The translations under genes and the position numbers were made by a program. The notes under the pieces were generated by a model. It saw nothing but the letters and a program-made list of their open reading frames with translations, was not told where the DNA came from and did no database searches. 64,000 bases of DNA, taken from NCBI GenBank assembly GCA_028866275.1, contig JAGWIK010000001.1:139306-203305 (forward strand). The letters are read 5' to 3'. Below are positions 40,179 to 49,552 of the stretch, piece after piece (within the stretch, counting starts at the first letter, position 1; every line of letters starts with the position of its first letter). Source of the DNA: Alphaproteobacteria bacterium. GTDB taxonomy: Bacteria > Pseudomonadota > Alphaproteobacteria > UBA9219.

Positions 40179-40781
40179 ATGCGCGCAAAAATCGGAAAAA
40201 TTCTGTGTCTCGCCGTTTTTTGCGCGCTGTTCCTGCCGGGTGTGGCGCGGGCGCAGGTCGCCGTTGGCGACAACATGCCCGCCCTGACCGCGACGACGCT
40301 GGACGGCAAAAAATTCGATTTGTCGGCGTTGAAAGGCAAGGTCGTCATCATCAATTTCTGGGCGACCTGGTGTCCGGCCTGCCACGAAGAAATGCCCGCG
40401 CTCGAAGCCGTATGGCGGCAATATCGCGGTCAGGGGTTGCAGGTTCTGGCGATCAGCTGCGATCTGCCGCGCACGCGCGGCGATGTCGGGCAGGTGATGA
40501 ATTATTTCTCGTTCCCCGCCGCGATGTTCGGCGATTTGACTAAAAACGGTTTCGGCACGCCGCAATCCATCCCCGTCACCTATGTTATCGATAAACAAGG
40601 CGTGGTGCGCGATATCCTGTCGCCTGACGTCACGCCGGTGACGGAATCCGGCCTCGGCGATATCGTCAAGGATTTGCTGGCGGCCAAAGACGCGGAAAAA
40701 CCGGATGCCAAAAAAACGGACGATAAACCCGCCGCCGCGCCTGCCGCACCACCTGCCGCCAAAACGGAAAACGCCCAGTGA
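40179..40781 (+). CDS. tlpA: TlpA/ResA-like periplasmic thiol:disulfide oxidoreductase
   Basis: Signal peptide plus WATWCPACHEEMP thioredoxin CxxC motif. 200 aa. Pro/Ala/Lys-rich C-terminal tail. Confidence 0.85.
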   Translation: MRAKIGKILCLAVFCALFLPGVARAQVAVGDNMPALTATTLDGKKFDLSALKGKVVIINFWATWCPACHEEMPALEAVWRQYRGQGLQVLAISCDLPRTRGDVGQVMNYFSFPAAMFGDLTKNGFGTPQSIPVTYVIDKQGVVRDILSPDVTPVTESGLGDIVKDLLAAKDAEKPDAKKTDDKPAAAPAAPPAAKTENAQ

Positions 40782-41605
40782 TCGACCCGACGGAAAACGC
40801 GCCCGACCTGTGGCGCGACATCTTTCCGTGGCCGGACGCCGACAGCCATAAATACACGCGCGGTACGCTGCTGATACGGGGCGGGGCGTCGATGACCGGC
40901 GCGGCGCGGCTGGCGGCGCGGGCGGCGCAACGGATGGGGGCGGGGCTGGTCATTCTGGCCGCGCCGCGCGATGCTTTGCCGATATATGCCGAGGCGTTGG
41001 AAAGCGTGATCGTGCGTCCGGCGGACACGCCGGACGAATGGCGCGATCTGGTCGGCGATGCGCGGCAACCGGCTGTGTTGATCGGCCCCGGCCTTGGGCG
41101 GGGCGCGGCGCAGAAAAACGAAACCCTGACCGCGCTGGCTGTCAAACGCCCCTGCGTGATCGATGCCGACGGGTTGACGAATTTTGCCGCCGAACCCGAA
41201 ACATTATTCGCGCATTTGCATGACGCCTGCGTTCTGACGCCGCACGAGGGTGAATTCGACCGGCTGTTTGGCGATAGGGGCGGCGACAAGGTGACGCGCG
41301 CCCGCGCCGCCGCGCGCGAGGCCGGATGCATCGTGCTGTTGAAAGGCGCGGAAACCGTCATCGCATCGCCATCGGGACAGGCGGTGGTTAACCGCAACGC
41401 GCCGCCCTGGCTGGCGACCGCCGGGTCGGGCGATGTGCTGGCGGGGATGATTGCCGGATTGCTGGCGCAAAAAATGGATGCGTTCCGGGCCGCCTGCGCC
41501 GCCGCATGGGGGCATGGACGTTGCGCGGCATTACACGGCCCCGGCCTGATCGCCGAGGATATAGTGGCCGGAATCCCGAAAATGCTGCAGGAAATCGCCC
41601 GATAA
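40778..41605 (+). CDS. nnrD: ADP-dependent NAD(P)H-hydrate dehydratase (YjeF C-terminal domain)
   Basis: GPGLG, TPHEGEF and GSGDVLAG motifs. GTG start overlaps the tlpA stop. Confidence 0.8.
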   Translation: MIDPTENAPDLWRDIFPWPDADSHKYTRGTLLIRGGASMTGAARLAARAAQRMGAGLVILAAPRDALPIYAEALESVIVRPADTPDEWRDLVGDARQPAVLIGPGLGRGAAQKNETLTALAVKRPCVIDADGLTNFAAEPETLFAHLHDACVLTPHEGEFDRLFGDRGGDKVTRARAAAREAGCIVLLKGAETVIASPSGQAVVNRNAPPWLATAGSGDVLAGMIAGLLAQKMDAFRAACAAAWGHGRCAALHGPGLIAEDIVAGIPKMLQEIAR

Positions 41606-41644
41606 AAAGGACTCGGCATCCGCGCCGGTTTTGCTATAAGGACG

Positions 41645-41741
41645 GCGGGAGACCGGCGCGGGCGAATCCGGTGCCAACCCGGTCAGGGCCGAAAGGCAGC
41701 AGCCGTAACATTTTCGATTCGGGTCGTGTCCGGTCTCCCAC
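41645..41741 (+). ncRNA. ffs: Signal recognition particle RNA (4.5S/SRP RNA, small bacterial type)
   Basis: GGGAGACCGG at the 5' end pairs with CCGGTCTCCC at the 3' end. The apex CCGGUCAGGGCCGAAAGGCAGCAGCC matches conserved SRP domain IV (compare E. coli CAGGUCAGGUCCGGAAGGAAGCAGCC). A T-rich tract follows. Confidence 0.8.
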
Positions 41742-41768
41742 TTGTTTTCCCGAACATGCCTGTCCCTG

Positions 41769-42266
41769 ATGCCGGTCACGCCCGAACAGCTTTTCGCGTT
41801 TCTCGATTCCCTGTCGATTGCGCATCAAACCGTTGCGCACCCGCCTTTTTTCACGGTCGAAGACGGCAAGGACTGGTGCGGAAAAATCCCGGGGCTGGAT
41901 TGCAAGAATTTGTTTCTGAAGGATAAAAAGGGTGATCTGTGGCTGGTCGTCATGCCGTCGGAAAAACGCGCCGATCTGGCCGGTCTGGCGCAAAAAACCG
42001 GGGCTGTAAAATTTTCGTTCGGCAAGCCCGATTTGTTGCTGGAAAAACTCGGCGTTACCCCCGGTTCCGTGACCCCCTTTGCCCTGATGAATGATGCGCA
42101 AAAACACGTTCATGTCGTGCTGGACGCCGATATGATGCAGGCCGATATGGTTAATTATCATCCGTTGCATAATGCCGCCTCGACGGCCATTTCATCTGCG
42201 GATTTAATGAAATTTTTGCGTGCCCTCGACCGTCATCCTGTTATCATCGACTGCGGTACGGGCTAG
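41769..42266 (+). CDS. YbaK/ProX-family aminoacyl-tRNA deacylase
   Basis: YbaK/ProX domain pattern (KNLFLKDKKGDLWLVV, GVTPGSVTPF). Start trimmed to MPVTPEQLF so the gene does not overlap ffs. Confidence 0.7.
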   Translation: MPVTPEQLFAFLDSLSIAHQTVAHPPFFTVEDGKDWCGKIPGLDCKNLFLKDKKGDLWLVVMPSEKRADLAGLAQKTGAVKFSFGKPDLLLEKLGVTPGSVTPFALMNDAQKHVHVVLDADMMQADMVNYHPLHNAASTAISSADLMKFLRALDRHPVIIDCGTG

Positions 42267-42296
42267 ATTCTCCGCACCGCAGAAAATGAGGAAATT

Positions 42297-44102
42297 TTGC
42301 CGGAACTTTTCGCCACATCCGCGCCCGAACAAACCGGGACAGATCATGCCGGACAGGACGCCCTGTTTCCGGATATGACGTCTGCCGCGCCGCCCGCCTA
42401 TCGCGTGCTGGCGCGCAAATACCGGCCTGTGACGTTCGAGCAATTGATCGGACAGGAAGCGATGGTGCGGACTTTGTCCAACGCCATCGAAACCGGGCGT
42501 CTGCCGCATGCATGGATGCTGACCGGCGTGCGCGGCATCGGCAAAACCACGACGGCGCGCATCATTGCGCGCGCGTTGAATTGCACCGGCGTCGACGGCA
42601 AAGGCGGGCCGACCATCCATCCTTGCGGCCAATGCGACGCTTGCCGCGGCATTATGGAAGACCGCCATGTCGATGTGATGGAAATGGACGCGGCGTCGCG
42701 CACCGGCGTCGACGATATCCGCGACATCATCGACGGCGTGCGTTATGGCCCCGTGTCGGCGCGGTACAAGATTTATATCCTCGACGAAGTCCATATGCTG
42801 TCGAAGAACGCATTTAACGCGTTGCTGAAAACCCTGGAAGAACCGCCGCCGCACACCAAATTTATCTTTGCCACCACCGAAATCCGCAAAGTGCCGGTAA
42901 CGGTGCTGTCGCGTTGCCAGCGTTTCGATCTGCGCCGCATCGATGCCGATGTGCTGACGCCGTTTTTCATGAAAATCGCCGGTCTTGAAGACGCCGTGGC
43001 CGAGGAAGAAGCGATCAAGATGATCGCCCATGCCGCCGACGGGTCGGTGCGCGACGGGTTGAGCTTGCTGGATCAGGCTATCGCGCGCGGCAACGGCAAT
43101 GTCACGGCGCAGGATGTCAAGGATATGCTGGGGCTTGCCGATCGCGGGCAAAGCCTTGCCTTGTGCCGCCATTTGCTGCGCGGTGAAATGAAGGACGCGC
43201 TGGCGGCCTTTGCGTCGATGCAGCAGGCGGGGTCCGACGCCTTGCAGATTTTGCAGGATATGGCCGATTGCGTGCATATGTTGACGCGCGCGCAGGTGAT
43301 CGCCGATCTGGCGGCGGACGAAGCCTTGGCCGAATATGACCGGCGCTTGATGACGGATTTGTCGGATATCAAAATTCCCGCGCTGGCGCGCGCGTGGCAG
43401 ATCCTGTTGAAAGGCATCGGCGAAGTTCAATCCGCCGCGCATCCGGCGCAGGCGGCGGAAATGGTGCTGATCCGTCTGGCCTATGCGGCCGATCTGCCCA
43501 GCCCCGGCGATCTCGTCCGGCAATTGCGCGATCAGGCGGCGTCGGGCGCGTCTGCCCCTGCAGCATCGGGCCCGACATCCGGTGGCGGGCCCAAGGCACG
43601 TCTGGCGCTGGGCGGCGGCGGTGTTTCCATCGACGCCGCGCCTGCGCCGCAAGCCGTGGCCGCCTTGCCCCAACCCGCCGATTACCGCGCCATCGTCGCG
43701 CTGTTTTCCGAAAATCGCGAAGCCGCGCTGCATGCCCTGTTATACGGACAGGTTCATCTGGTGCGCTGCGAACCCGGCATGCTGGAACTGCAGGTCGGCA
43801 CGGGCGTGCCGGCCAATTTTGCCGGCCGCGTCGGGCAATGCCTGACCGAATGGACGGGCCAGCGCTGGGTGGTGTCGGTCGTGCCGCAAGGCGGGGCGAC
43901 GACGTTGGCCGAGCAGGATCGTCTGGCCGCCGCCGCGCGCCGCGAACGCGCGCGGGCGCATCCGTTGATGCAGGCGGTTTTTTCGGCTTTCCCCGACGCC
44001 AAATTGATAGATTTGCGGCAAAGAATGGTTGCGTCCGCGCCCGTCCGCGACGATGATGCCGCCGCACCCGATATCGAAACCCCGATTGAATTTGAGGATT
44101 GA
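42297..44102 (+). CDS. dnaX: DNA polymerase III subunit gamma/tau
   Basis: YRVLARKYRP, GVRGIGKTTTARI Walker A, a zinc module (CGQCDACRG) and the SRC motif. TTG at 42297 or ATG at 42375 as start. Confidence 0.93.
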   Translation: MPELFATSAPEQTGTDHAGQDALFPDMTSAAPPAYRVLARKYRPVTFEQLIGQEAMVRTLSNAIETGRLPHAWMLTGVRGIGKTTTARIIARALNCTGVDGKGGPTIHPCGQCDACRGIMEDRHVDVMEMDAASRTGVDDIRDIIDGVRYGPVSARYKIYILDEVHMLSKNAFNALLKTLEEPPPHTKFIFATTEIRKVPVTVLSRCQRFDLRRIDADVLTPFFMKIAGLEDAVAEEEAIKMIAHAADGSVRDGLSLLDQAIARGNGNVTAQDVKDMLGLADRGQSLALCRHLLRGEMKDALAAFASMQQAGSDALQILQDMADCVHMLTRAQVIADLAADEALAEYDRRLMTDLSDIKIPALARAWQILLKGIGEVQSAAHPAQAAEMVLIRLAYAADLPSPGDLVRQLRDQAASGASAPAASGPTSGGGPKARLALGGGGVSIDAAPAPQAVAALPQPADYRAIVALFSENREAALHALLYGQVHLVRCEPGMLELQVGTGVPANFAGRVGQCLTEWTGQRWVVSVVPQGGATTLAEQDRLAAAARRERARAHPLMQAVFSAFPDAKLIDLRQRMVASAPVRDDDAAAPDIETPIEFED

Positions 44103-44105
44103 AAC

Positions 44106-44426
44106 ATGAATATCGCGAAGATGATGAAACAGGTCAACGATATGCAGGCCAAAATGGCCGATATGCAAAACCGGCTGGGCGACATGGAAGTCACGGGGCA
44201 GTCCGCCGGCGGCAAGGTCGTGGTGACGATGAACGGCAAGGCGGAAATGCGCAAAATCAGCATCGCGCCGGAACTGATCGACGCCTCGGAAAAAGACATG
44301 CTGGAAGACCTGATCGTGGTGGCCTGCGGCGATGCCAAGGCCAAGGTCGAAGCCTTTGTCGCGGGCGAAACCGAAAAAATGATGGGCGGGTTGCAATTGC
44401 CGCCCGGCGTCAAATTGCCGTTTTAA
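44106..44426 (+). CDS. ybaB: Nucleoid-associated protein YbaB/EbfC
   Basis: 106 aa. MMKQVNDMQAKMADMQNRL... is the canonical YbaB. Confidence 0.9.
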   Translation: MNIAKMMKQVNDMQAKMADMQNRLGDMEVTGQSAGGKVVVTMNGKAEMRKISIAPELIDASEKDMLEDLIVVACGDAKAKVEAFVAGETEKMMGGLQLPPGVKLPF

Positions 44427-44432
44427 GGCCCG

Positions 44433-45023
44433 ATGTCGCCGCTCGACAACCTGATGAAACATCTGGCGCGCCTGCCCGGCCTTGGGCCGCGGTCGGCGCG
44501 GCGCATGGTTTTGCATCTTCTGAAGCGGCGTGAAGCTTTGATGCTACCGCTGATCGACGCGATGACCCGCGCCGCGCAGGACGTCAAAGCCTGTTCGGTT
44601 TGCGGCAATCTGGGCGGCGTCGATCCGTGCGAAATTTGCCGCGATCAGGGCCGCGACCGCGGCGTGATCTGTGTGGTCGAGGATGTCGCCGATTTATGGG
44701 CTTTGGAGCGCAGCCATGCCTTCCGTGGCTTGTATCATGTGCTGGGCGGCACGCTGTCGGCGCTGGAAGGCGTGCGCCCTGCCGACCTGCGTATCGAGGC
44801 GTTGCTCGAACGCATAAAACTGAATGAAGTCAGGGAGGTAATCCTTGCTCTTAATGCGACGGTCGAAGGGCAGGCTACCGCGCATTACGTCGCGGAACGG
44901 CTGGAACCGTTGGGGGTCGCGGTGTCGCGCCTTGCCCACGGCTTGCCGGTAGGGGGGGAACTGGATTATCTGGATGATGGAACCCTGGCCGCCGCCATGC
45001 AGGCACGGCGCAAAGCCGGGTAG
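44433..45023 (+). CDS. recR: Recombination protein RecR
   Basis: Hh[12 protein letters not shown], zinc finger [16 protein letters not shown], and Toprim domain. 196 aa. Confidence 0.93.
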   Translation: MSPLDNLMKHLARLPGLGPRSARRMVLHLLKRREALMLPLIDAMTRAAQDVKACSVCGNLGGVDPCEICRDQGRDRGVICVVEDVADLWALERSHAFRGLYHVLGGTLSALEGVRPADLRIEALLERIKLNEVREVILALNATVEGQATAHYVAERLEPLGVAVSRLAHGLPVGGELDYLDDGTLAAAMQARRKAG

Positions 45024-45048
45024 GGTATTCACCAGACATTAACTATCT

Positions 45049-45078
45049 ATGCCCGACAATGGCGGGCATTTTTCTTTA
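45049..45078 (+). terminator. Rho-independent terminator after recR
   Basis: atgcccg-acaatgg-cgggcat hairpin followed by TTTTTCTTT. Confidence 0.6.
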
Positions 45079-45104
45079 AGGATCGGTTCGGAGGCTCGCC
45101 AAAC

Positions 45105-45395
45105 GTGAATATAGGCCTAGTCGTTAACGCACGCGGAAAGATGTGCCTGGTTCATGACGAACCCTTTGAAGCGACGCCGCTGTGGGTCGGTTATCATGTT
45201 GATTCTAAACGTTTAGAGATCATTTACGATACCGGTGGCACCTATCCCATCGATTGGGAGGCAACCGACGAAATGCATAACTTCTTGCTGAAAATAAATA
45301 AAATCCTTATAATTCGTATGGAAAATAAAAGACCGGTGGAAGGATTCGATACCAGCTTCCTTCATTTGCAAAACGGCAAAGTCATAGACGAATAA
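45105..45395 (+). CDS. Hypothetical small protein (AT-rich)
   Basis: 96-aa ORF with GTG start after GGAGG. Noticeably lower GC than its surroundings. No family. Confidence 0.35.
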   Translation: MNIGLVVNARGKMCLVHDEPFEATPLWVGYHVDSKRLEIIYDTGGTYPIDWEATDEMHNFLLKINKILIIRMENKRPVEGFDTSFLHLQNGKVIDE

Positions 45396-45417
45396 ATTAT
45401 TATCGAAAAGGTGACGC

Positions 45418-45876
45418 ATGACCGACCAGATCGACGATCAAGACGCCAACGGGCAGGAAATCCGTCGCCGTCAAAAAGGCGAAGGTGATGGCGAACAGGC
45501 CGGCCGCGGCATTGTCAAGATGTTGACGACCCGCAAGGCCGAACAAGTCACGGGCGAACACCGCCATTTGACCGGCGCGGATCTTATCGAAGCCATTGTC
45601 GAATTCGTCAGCGAACCGTTGATCGCCTCGGCCTCGGCTGTTGTGGAATTCGTCAAGGGCGTCAAGAACGCGGTGGCGAACCCCAAATCTTTCGCCGTGA
45701 CCAATTGGTTCACCGATTTGCAAAAACATGTCGACGATCTCAGGCTGCAGCTTGCGCGCGCGCGCGGCGCCGACGCCAACGGGTTGGCGCAGAAGCGACA
45801 ACCCGGGCATCAACCCGGCCACGGGCTTGCGCCGAAACTGAACCTGACGCCGACCGGCCCGACCGGCGCGCAATAA
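45418..45876 (+). CDS. Hypothetical protein (acidic N-terminus, Pro/Gly-rich C-terminus)
   Basis: ATG after AAGGTGA. Strong GC3 codon bias on this strand, whereas the overlapping minus ORF 45400..45873 lacks it. 152 aa. Confidence 0.5.
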   Translation: MTDQIDDQDANGQEIRRRQKGEGDGEQAGRGIVKMLTTRKAEQVTGEHRHLTGADLIEAIVEFVSEPLIASASAVVEFVKGVKNAVANPKSFAVTNWFTDLQKHVDDLRLQLARARGADANGLAQKRQPGHQPGHGLAPKLNLTPTGPTGAQ

Positions 45877-45951
45877 CTCTTTCCATTAACGAAACGGTAA
45901 GGCCGGATGGCGGAAAATGCCCTCCGGCCTTTCCCTTTTCCGAGATGATCC

Positions 45952-47586
45952 ATGACAGAATCCATGCCGCGCGAAACCATGTCTTATGACGTCCTGATTG
46001 TCGGCGCGGGGCCGGCGGGGCTGTCCTGCGCGATTAAAATCAAACAACTGGCGCAGGCCGAAAAGCGCGACATTTCCGTATGCGTGATCGATAAAGGGTC
46101 GGAAGTCGGCGCGCATCTGTTGTCGGGCGCGGTGTTCGAACCGCGTGCGCTGGATGAATTATTTCCCGACTGGCGCGACATGGGCGCGCCGCTGACCGTT
46201 CCCGCCGGCGAAGACCGTTTCTATTTTCTGACATCGCGCCGCGCTTTTCGCATGCCGACCCCGCCGCCGATGCATAACCACGGCAATTATGTCATCAGCC
46301 TCGGCCGTCTGGCCAAATGGCTGGCGGCGCAGGCGGAAAATCTGGGCGTCGAAATCTATCCCGGTTTCGCCGCCGCCGAGATTTTGTACGACGACAATGG
46401 CGCGGTGGCAGGCGTGGCCACCGGCGATGTCGGCATCGGCAAGGATGGCAACCAAACCGACCGTTTCACGCGCGGCGTCGAATTGCGCGCGCGCCAGACG
46501 GTGATCGCCGAAGGATGCCGCGGGTCGCTGGCCAAAATGCTGTTCGCCAAATTCAAATTGCGTAACGGATGCGACCCGCAAACTTATGGGCTCGGCATCA
46601 AGGAAGTTTGGGAAATCGATCCGGCCAAGCATCGCCCGGGCCATATTCAACACAGCATCGGCTGGCCGATGGATGCGCGCACCTATGGCGGGTCGTGGTT
46701 GTATCATTGGGAAAATAATCTGGTGTCGATCGGTTTTGTCGTCGGGCTGGATTACGAAAACCCCTATCTGTCGCCGTTCGAGGAATTTCAGCGTTTCAAA
46801 CAGCACCCGCATATCCGCGCCGTGCTGGAAGGCGGCAAGCGCCTGTCCTATGGCGCGCGCGCGTTGAGCGAGGGCGGGTTACAATCAATCCCCAAATTGA
46901 CGTTTCCCGGCGGCGTGCTGATCGGCGATGCGGCCGGATTTCTGAATGTGGCAAAGATCAAAGGCAATCACACCGCGATGAAATCGGGAATGGTCGCGGC
47001 GGAGGCATTGGTCGCTCATCTGGCGGGCGATGCTGTCGAAGTCGCCGATTACCGCGCACGGCTGGAAAAAACATGGCTGTGGGATGAACTATACGGCGTG
47101 CGCAATATTCGCCCCGCGTTCCGCGCGGGGTTGTGGGCGGGCATGTTGTACGGGGCGATCGACAATGTATTGCTGCGCGGCCGCGCGCCATGGACGTTCC
47201 ATAATCATGCGGACAATAAAACATTAAAGCCCGCGCGCGATTGTACCAAAATTGCCTATCCCAAACCTGACGGGGTGATCAGCTTTGATCGCCTGTCATC
47301 GGTGTTTTTGTCCAACACCAATCACGAAGAAGACCAACCCGCGCATTTGAAATTGCGCGACCCGTCGGTGGCGGTGAATACCAACCTGACGCTTTATGCC
47401 GGGCCGGAAGCGCGTTATTGCCCGGCGGGCGTGTACGAATTTGTCGAAGAAAAAGGCGCGCCGCGCCTGCAGATCAATGCGCAGAATTGCGTGCATTGCA
47501 AAACATGCGACATCAAAGACCCGACACAGAATATAGACTGGTGCGTGCCCGAAGGCGGCGGCGGGCCGAATTATCAGGATATGTAA
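45952..47586 (+). CDS. etfD: Electron-transfer flavoprotein-ubiquinone oxidoreductase
   Basis: [19 protein letters not shown] motif and C-terminal 4Fe-4S CPAGVYEF...[12 protein letters not shown]. 544 aa. Confidence 0.92.
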   Translation: MTESMPRETMSYDVLIVGAGPAGLSCAIKIKQLAQAEKRDISVCVIDKGSEVGAHLLSGAVFEPRALDELFPDWRDMGAPLTVPAGEDRFYFLTSRRAFRMPTPPPMHNHGNYVISLGRLAKWLAAQAENLGVEIYPGFAAAEILYDDNGAVAGVATGDVGIGKDGNQTDRFTRGVELRARQTVIAEGCRGSLAKMLFAKFKLRNGCDPQTYGLGIKEVWEIDPAKHRPGHIQHSIGWPMDARTYGGSWLYHWENNLVSIGFVVGLDYENPYLSPFEEFQRFKQHPHIRAVLEGGKRLSYGARALSEGGLQSIPKLTFPGGVLIGDAAGFLNVAKIKGNHTAMKSGMVAAEALVAHLAGDAVEVADYRARLEKTWLWDELYGVRNIRPAFRAGLWAGMLYGAIDNVLLRGRAPWTFHNHADNKTLKPARDCTKIAYPKPDGVISFDRLSSVFLSNTNHEEDQPAHLKLRDPSVAVNTNLTLYAGPEARYCPAGVYEFVEEKGAPRLQINAQNCVHCKTCDIKDPTQNIDWCVPEGGGGPNYQDM

Positions 47587-48485
47587 GCGCTGACACAGCG
47601 ATCGATCCCGCCCAGATCTTTGTGTATCGCGACATCCGCGAAGGCATGGGCGCGCAGCAAGGCGGCGACATCCTGCGCCTGATCAATGCCGACTTCGAAA
47701 ATGACGAACCCGTTTGCATTCAGGAACGCGGGCAATTGCGGGATCAGAAAACGATAGGGTTCAAGCCCGTCCGCGCCGCCGTCCAACGCCGCGCGCGGGT
47801 CGTGGTCGCGCACTTCAGGCATTAATGTTTCAATGTCGGCGGCGGGGATGTAAGGCGGATTGCTGATGATAATGTCGAACTTTCCCGTGATGCCGTCGAA
47901 CCAGTTGCCGGTGCGGAACGCCGCGCGCGTGTCGAGCCCAAGGCCGGCGGCATTTTGCGACGCCTGTGCGACGGCGCGCGGCGCGATGTCGATGCCCACC
48001 CCCGTGGCATGCGGCCATTCATGCAGCAACGCCAGCAACAGACAGCCCGTTCCCGTGCCGAGATCGAGTATCCGGGGGGCAAAGCTCTCACAAGAAATAG
48101 CGTCATTCCGGCGCAAGCCGGGATCCAGAGAAAAAGAACCGCTGGATTCCGGCTTGCGCCGGAATGACGACAGAACGGCTTCGACAAGGGTTTCGCTGTC
48201 CGGGCGCGGTTCCAGCGTGGCCTCGTTCATGCCGAAGGGCAGGCCCCAGAATTCGCGCTGGCCGATGATGCGCGCCACGGATTCGCGTTTTTCGCGGCGT
48301 TGGAGAAGGGTTTCTATTTTTTTGATTTCGGGAATGGTCGGTTCGCGTCGGGATTGGCTCAGCAAACCGGCACGGTCAAGGCCCAGCGCATGGCAGAATA
48401 ACAATCGCGCATCCAGCTGCGGATTGTCGACGCCTGCGATATTCAGGCGGTCGATGGCGGCGCGCAATGTATCGGCCAGCGTCAC
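47574..48485 (-). CDS. prmC: Release-factor glutamine N5-methyltransferase, carrying a 24-codon in-frame palindromic-element insertion
   Basis: NPPY motif and [11 protein letters not shown] motif. The extra segment [30 protein letters not shown] sits between the N-terminal domain and the SAM motif. Confidence 0.88.
   Translation of the reverse strand: MTLADTLRAAIDRLNIAGVDNPQLDARLLFCHALGLDRAGLLSQSRREPTIPEIKKIETLLQRREKRESVARIIGQREFWGLPFGMNEATLEPRPDSETLVEAVLSSFRRKPESSGSFSLDPGLRRNDAISCESFAPRILDLGTGTGCLLLALLHEWPHATGVGIDIAPRAVAQASQNAAGLGLDTRAAFRTGNWFDGITGKFDIIISNPPYIPAADIETLMPEVRDHDPRAALDGGADGLEPYRFLIPQLPAFLNANGFVIFEVGIDQAQDVAALLRAHAFADVAIHKDLGGIDRCVSAYIS
48098..48170. repeat. About 72-bp palindromic element (RPE/MITE-like) inserted in frame into prmC
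   Basis: cgtcattccggcgcaagccgggatccag - agaaaaagaaccg - ctggattccggcttgcgccggaatgacg forms 27-bp inverted arms with 1 mismatch. Other frames read ...IPAQAGIQ... and ...WIPACAGMT..., typical of this class of repeat. Confidence 0.7.
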
Positions 48486-49549
48486 GTTCCGTTCAATTCC
48501 GCCAGTTTTTCGGCTTCGTCGCGTTGGATCAGTTCGTCGATAAAGGCATCCAGCCCTTCGCCGTTGATGACGTCGTCGATGTTATACAGGGTTTTTTCGA
48601 TGCGATGGTCGGACACGCGGCCCTGCGGGAAATTATAGGTGCGGATGCGTTCGCTGCGGTCGCCGGTGCCGACCTGGCTTTTGCGTTCCGCCGCGTGGGC
48701 GGCCTTGATGGCGCGGTCTTTCTGTTCGTACATGCGGCTGCGCAGAATCTTCATCGCCTTGGCGCGGTTCTTGATCTGCGACCGTTCTTCCTGCATCGCC
48801 ACGACGATGCCGGTGGGCAGATGGGTGATGCGCACGGCGCTTTCGGTTTTATTGACATGCTGGCCGCCGGCGCCCGACGCGCGATAGACGTCTATTTTCA
48901 GGTCTTTGTCGTCGATGACGATGTCGGTTTCTTCCATTTCAGGCAGCACGGCGACCGTGGCTGTCGATGTGTGGACGCGGCCCTGACTTTCCGTCTGCGG
49001 TACGCGCTGGACGCGATGCACGCCGGACTCGAACTTCAACCGCGCGAACACGCCGCGTCCGCTGACCTCGGCGATACCTTCCTTCAGCCCGCCCAGATCG
49101 TTTTCCGACAATTCCATGACCTCGAACCGCCAACCGCGATGGGCCGCATATTTGCGGTACATGTCGAATAATAATGCCGCGAACAGCCCCGCTTCGTCGC
49201 CGCCCGCGCCCGCGCGGATTTCCAGAATGGCGTTGCGTTCATCCGCCGCATCCTTGGGCAACAGCATTTTCTGAACCTGCAGTTCCAGAACGGGAATACG
49301 GGGTTTCAGGGCTTCTATTTCTTTTTTTGCTTCGGCCGCCATATCCGCGTCGGACAACAGGCTTTCGGCGTCGGACAGTTCGCGGCGCGCGCGGTCAAGT
49401 TCGCCGATGGCCTCGCACACGGGCGTCAGGTCGGAATATTCCTTGGATAATTTTGCGAATTGGTCGGGCGCGACGTCGGGTTGCGACATCAAATGCCGCA
49501 ATTCATCGTGCCGCGCCATGACGCGGGAAAGGGTTTCGGAGAGGGACAT
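48482..49549 (-). CDS. prfA: Peptide chain release factor 1
   Basis: GGQ motif (SGAGGQHVNKTESA) and PxT-type decoding region. 355 aa. Confidence 0.95.
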   Translation of the reverse strand: MSLSETLSRVMARHDELRHLMSQPDVAPDQFAKLSKEYSDLTPVCEAIGELDRARRELSDAESLLSDADMAAEAKKEIEALKPRIPVLELQVQKMLLPKDAADERNAILEIRAGAGGDEAGLFAALLFDMYRKYAAHRGWRFEVMELSENDLGGLKEGIAEVSGRGVFARLKFESGVHRVQRVPQTESQGRVHTSTATVAVLPEMEETDIVIDDKDLKIDVYRASGAGGQHVNKTESAVRITHLPTGIVVAMQEERSQIKNRAKAMKILRSRMYEQKDRAIKAAHAAERKSQVGTGDRSERIRTYNFPQGRVSDHRIEKTLYNIDDVINGEGLDAFIDELIQRDEAEKLAELNGT

Positions 49550-49552
49550 GGG

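Noticed and set aside
42297-44102. Programmed -1 frameshift site in dnaX (A AAA AAG heptamer giving a gamma subunit)
   Set aside because: I saw no A-AAA-AAG slippery heptamer with a downstream hairpin while reading the dnaX coding region. The tau-only arrangement is common in alphaproteobacteria.
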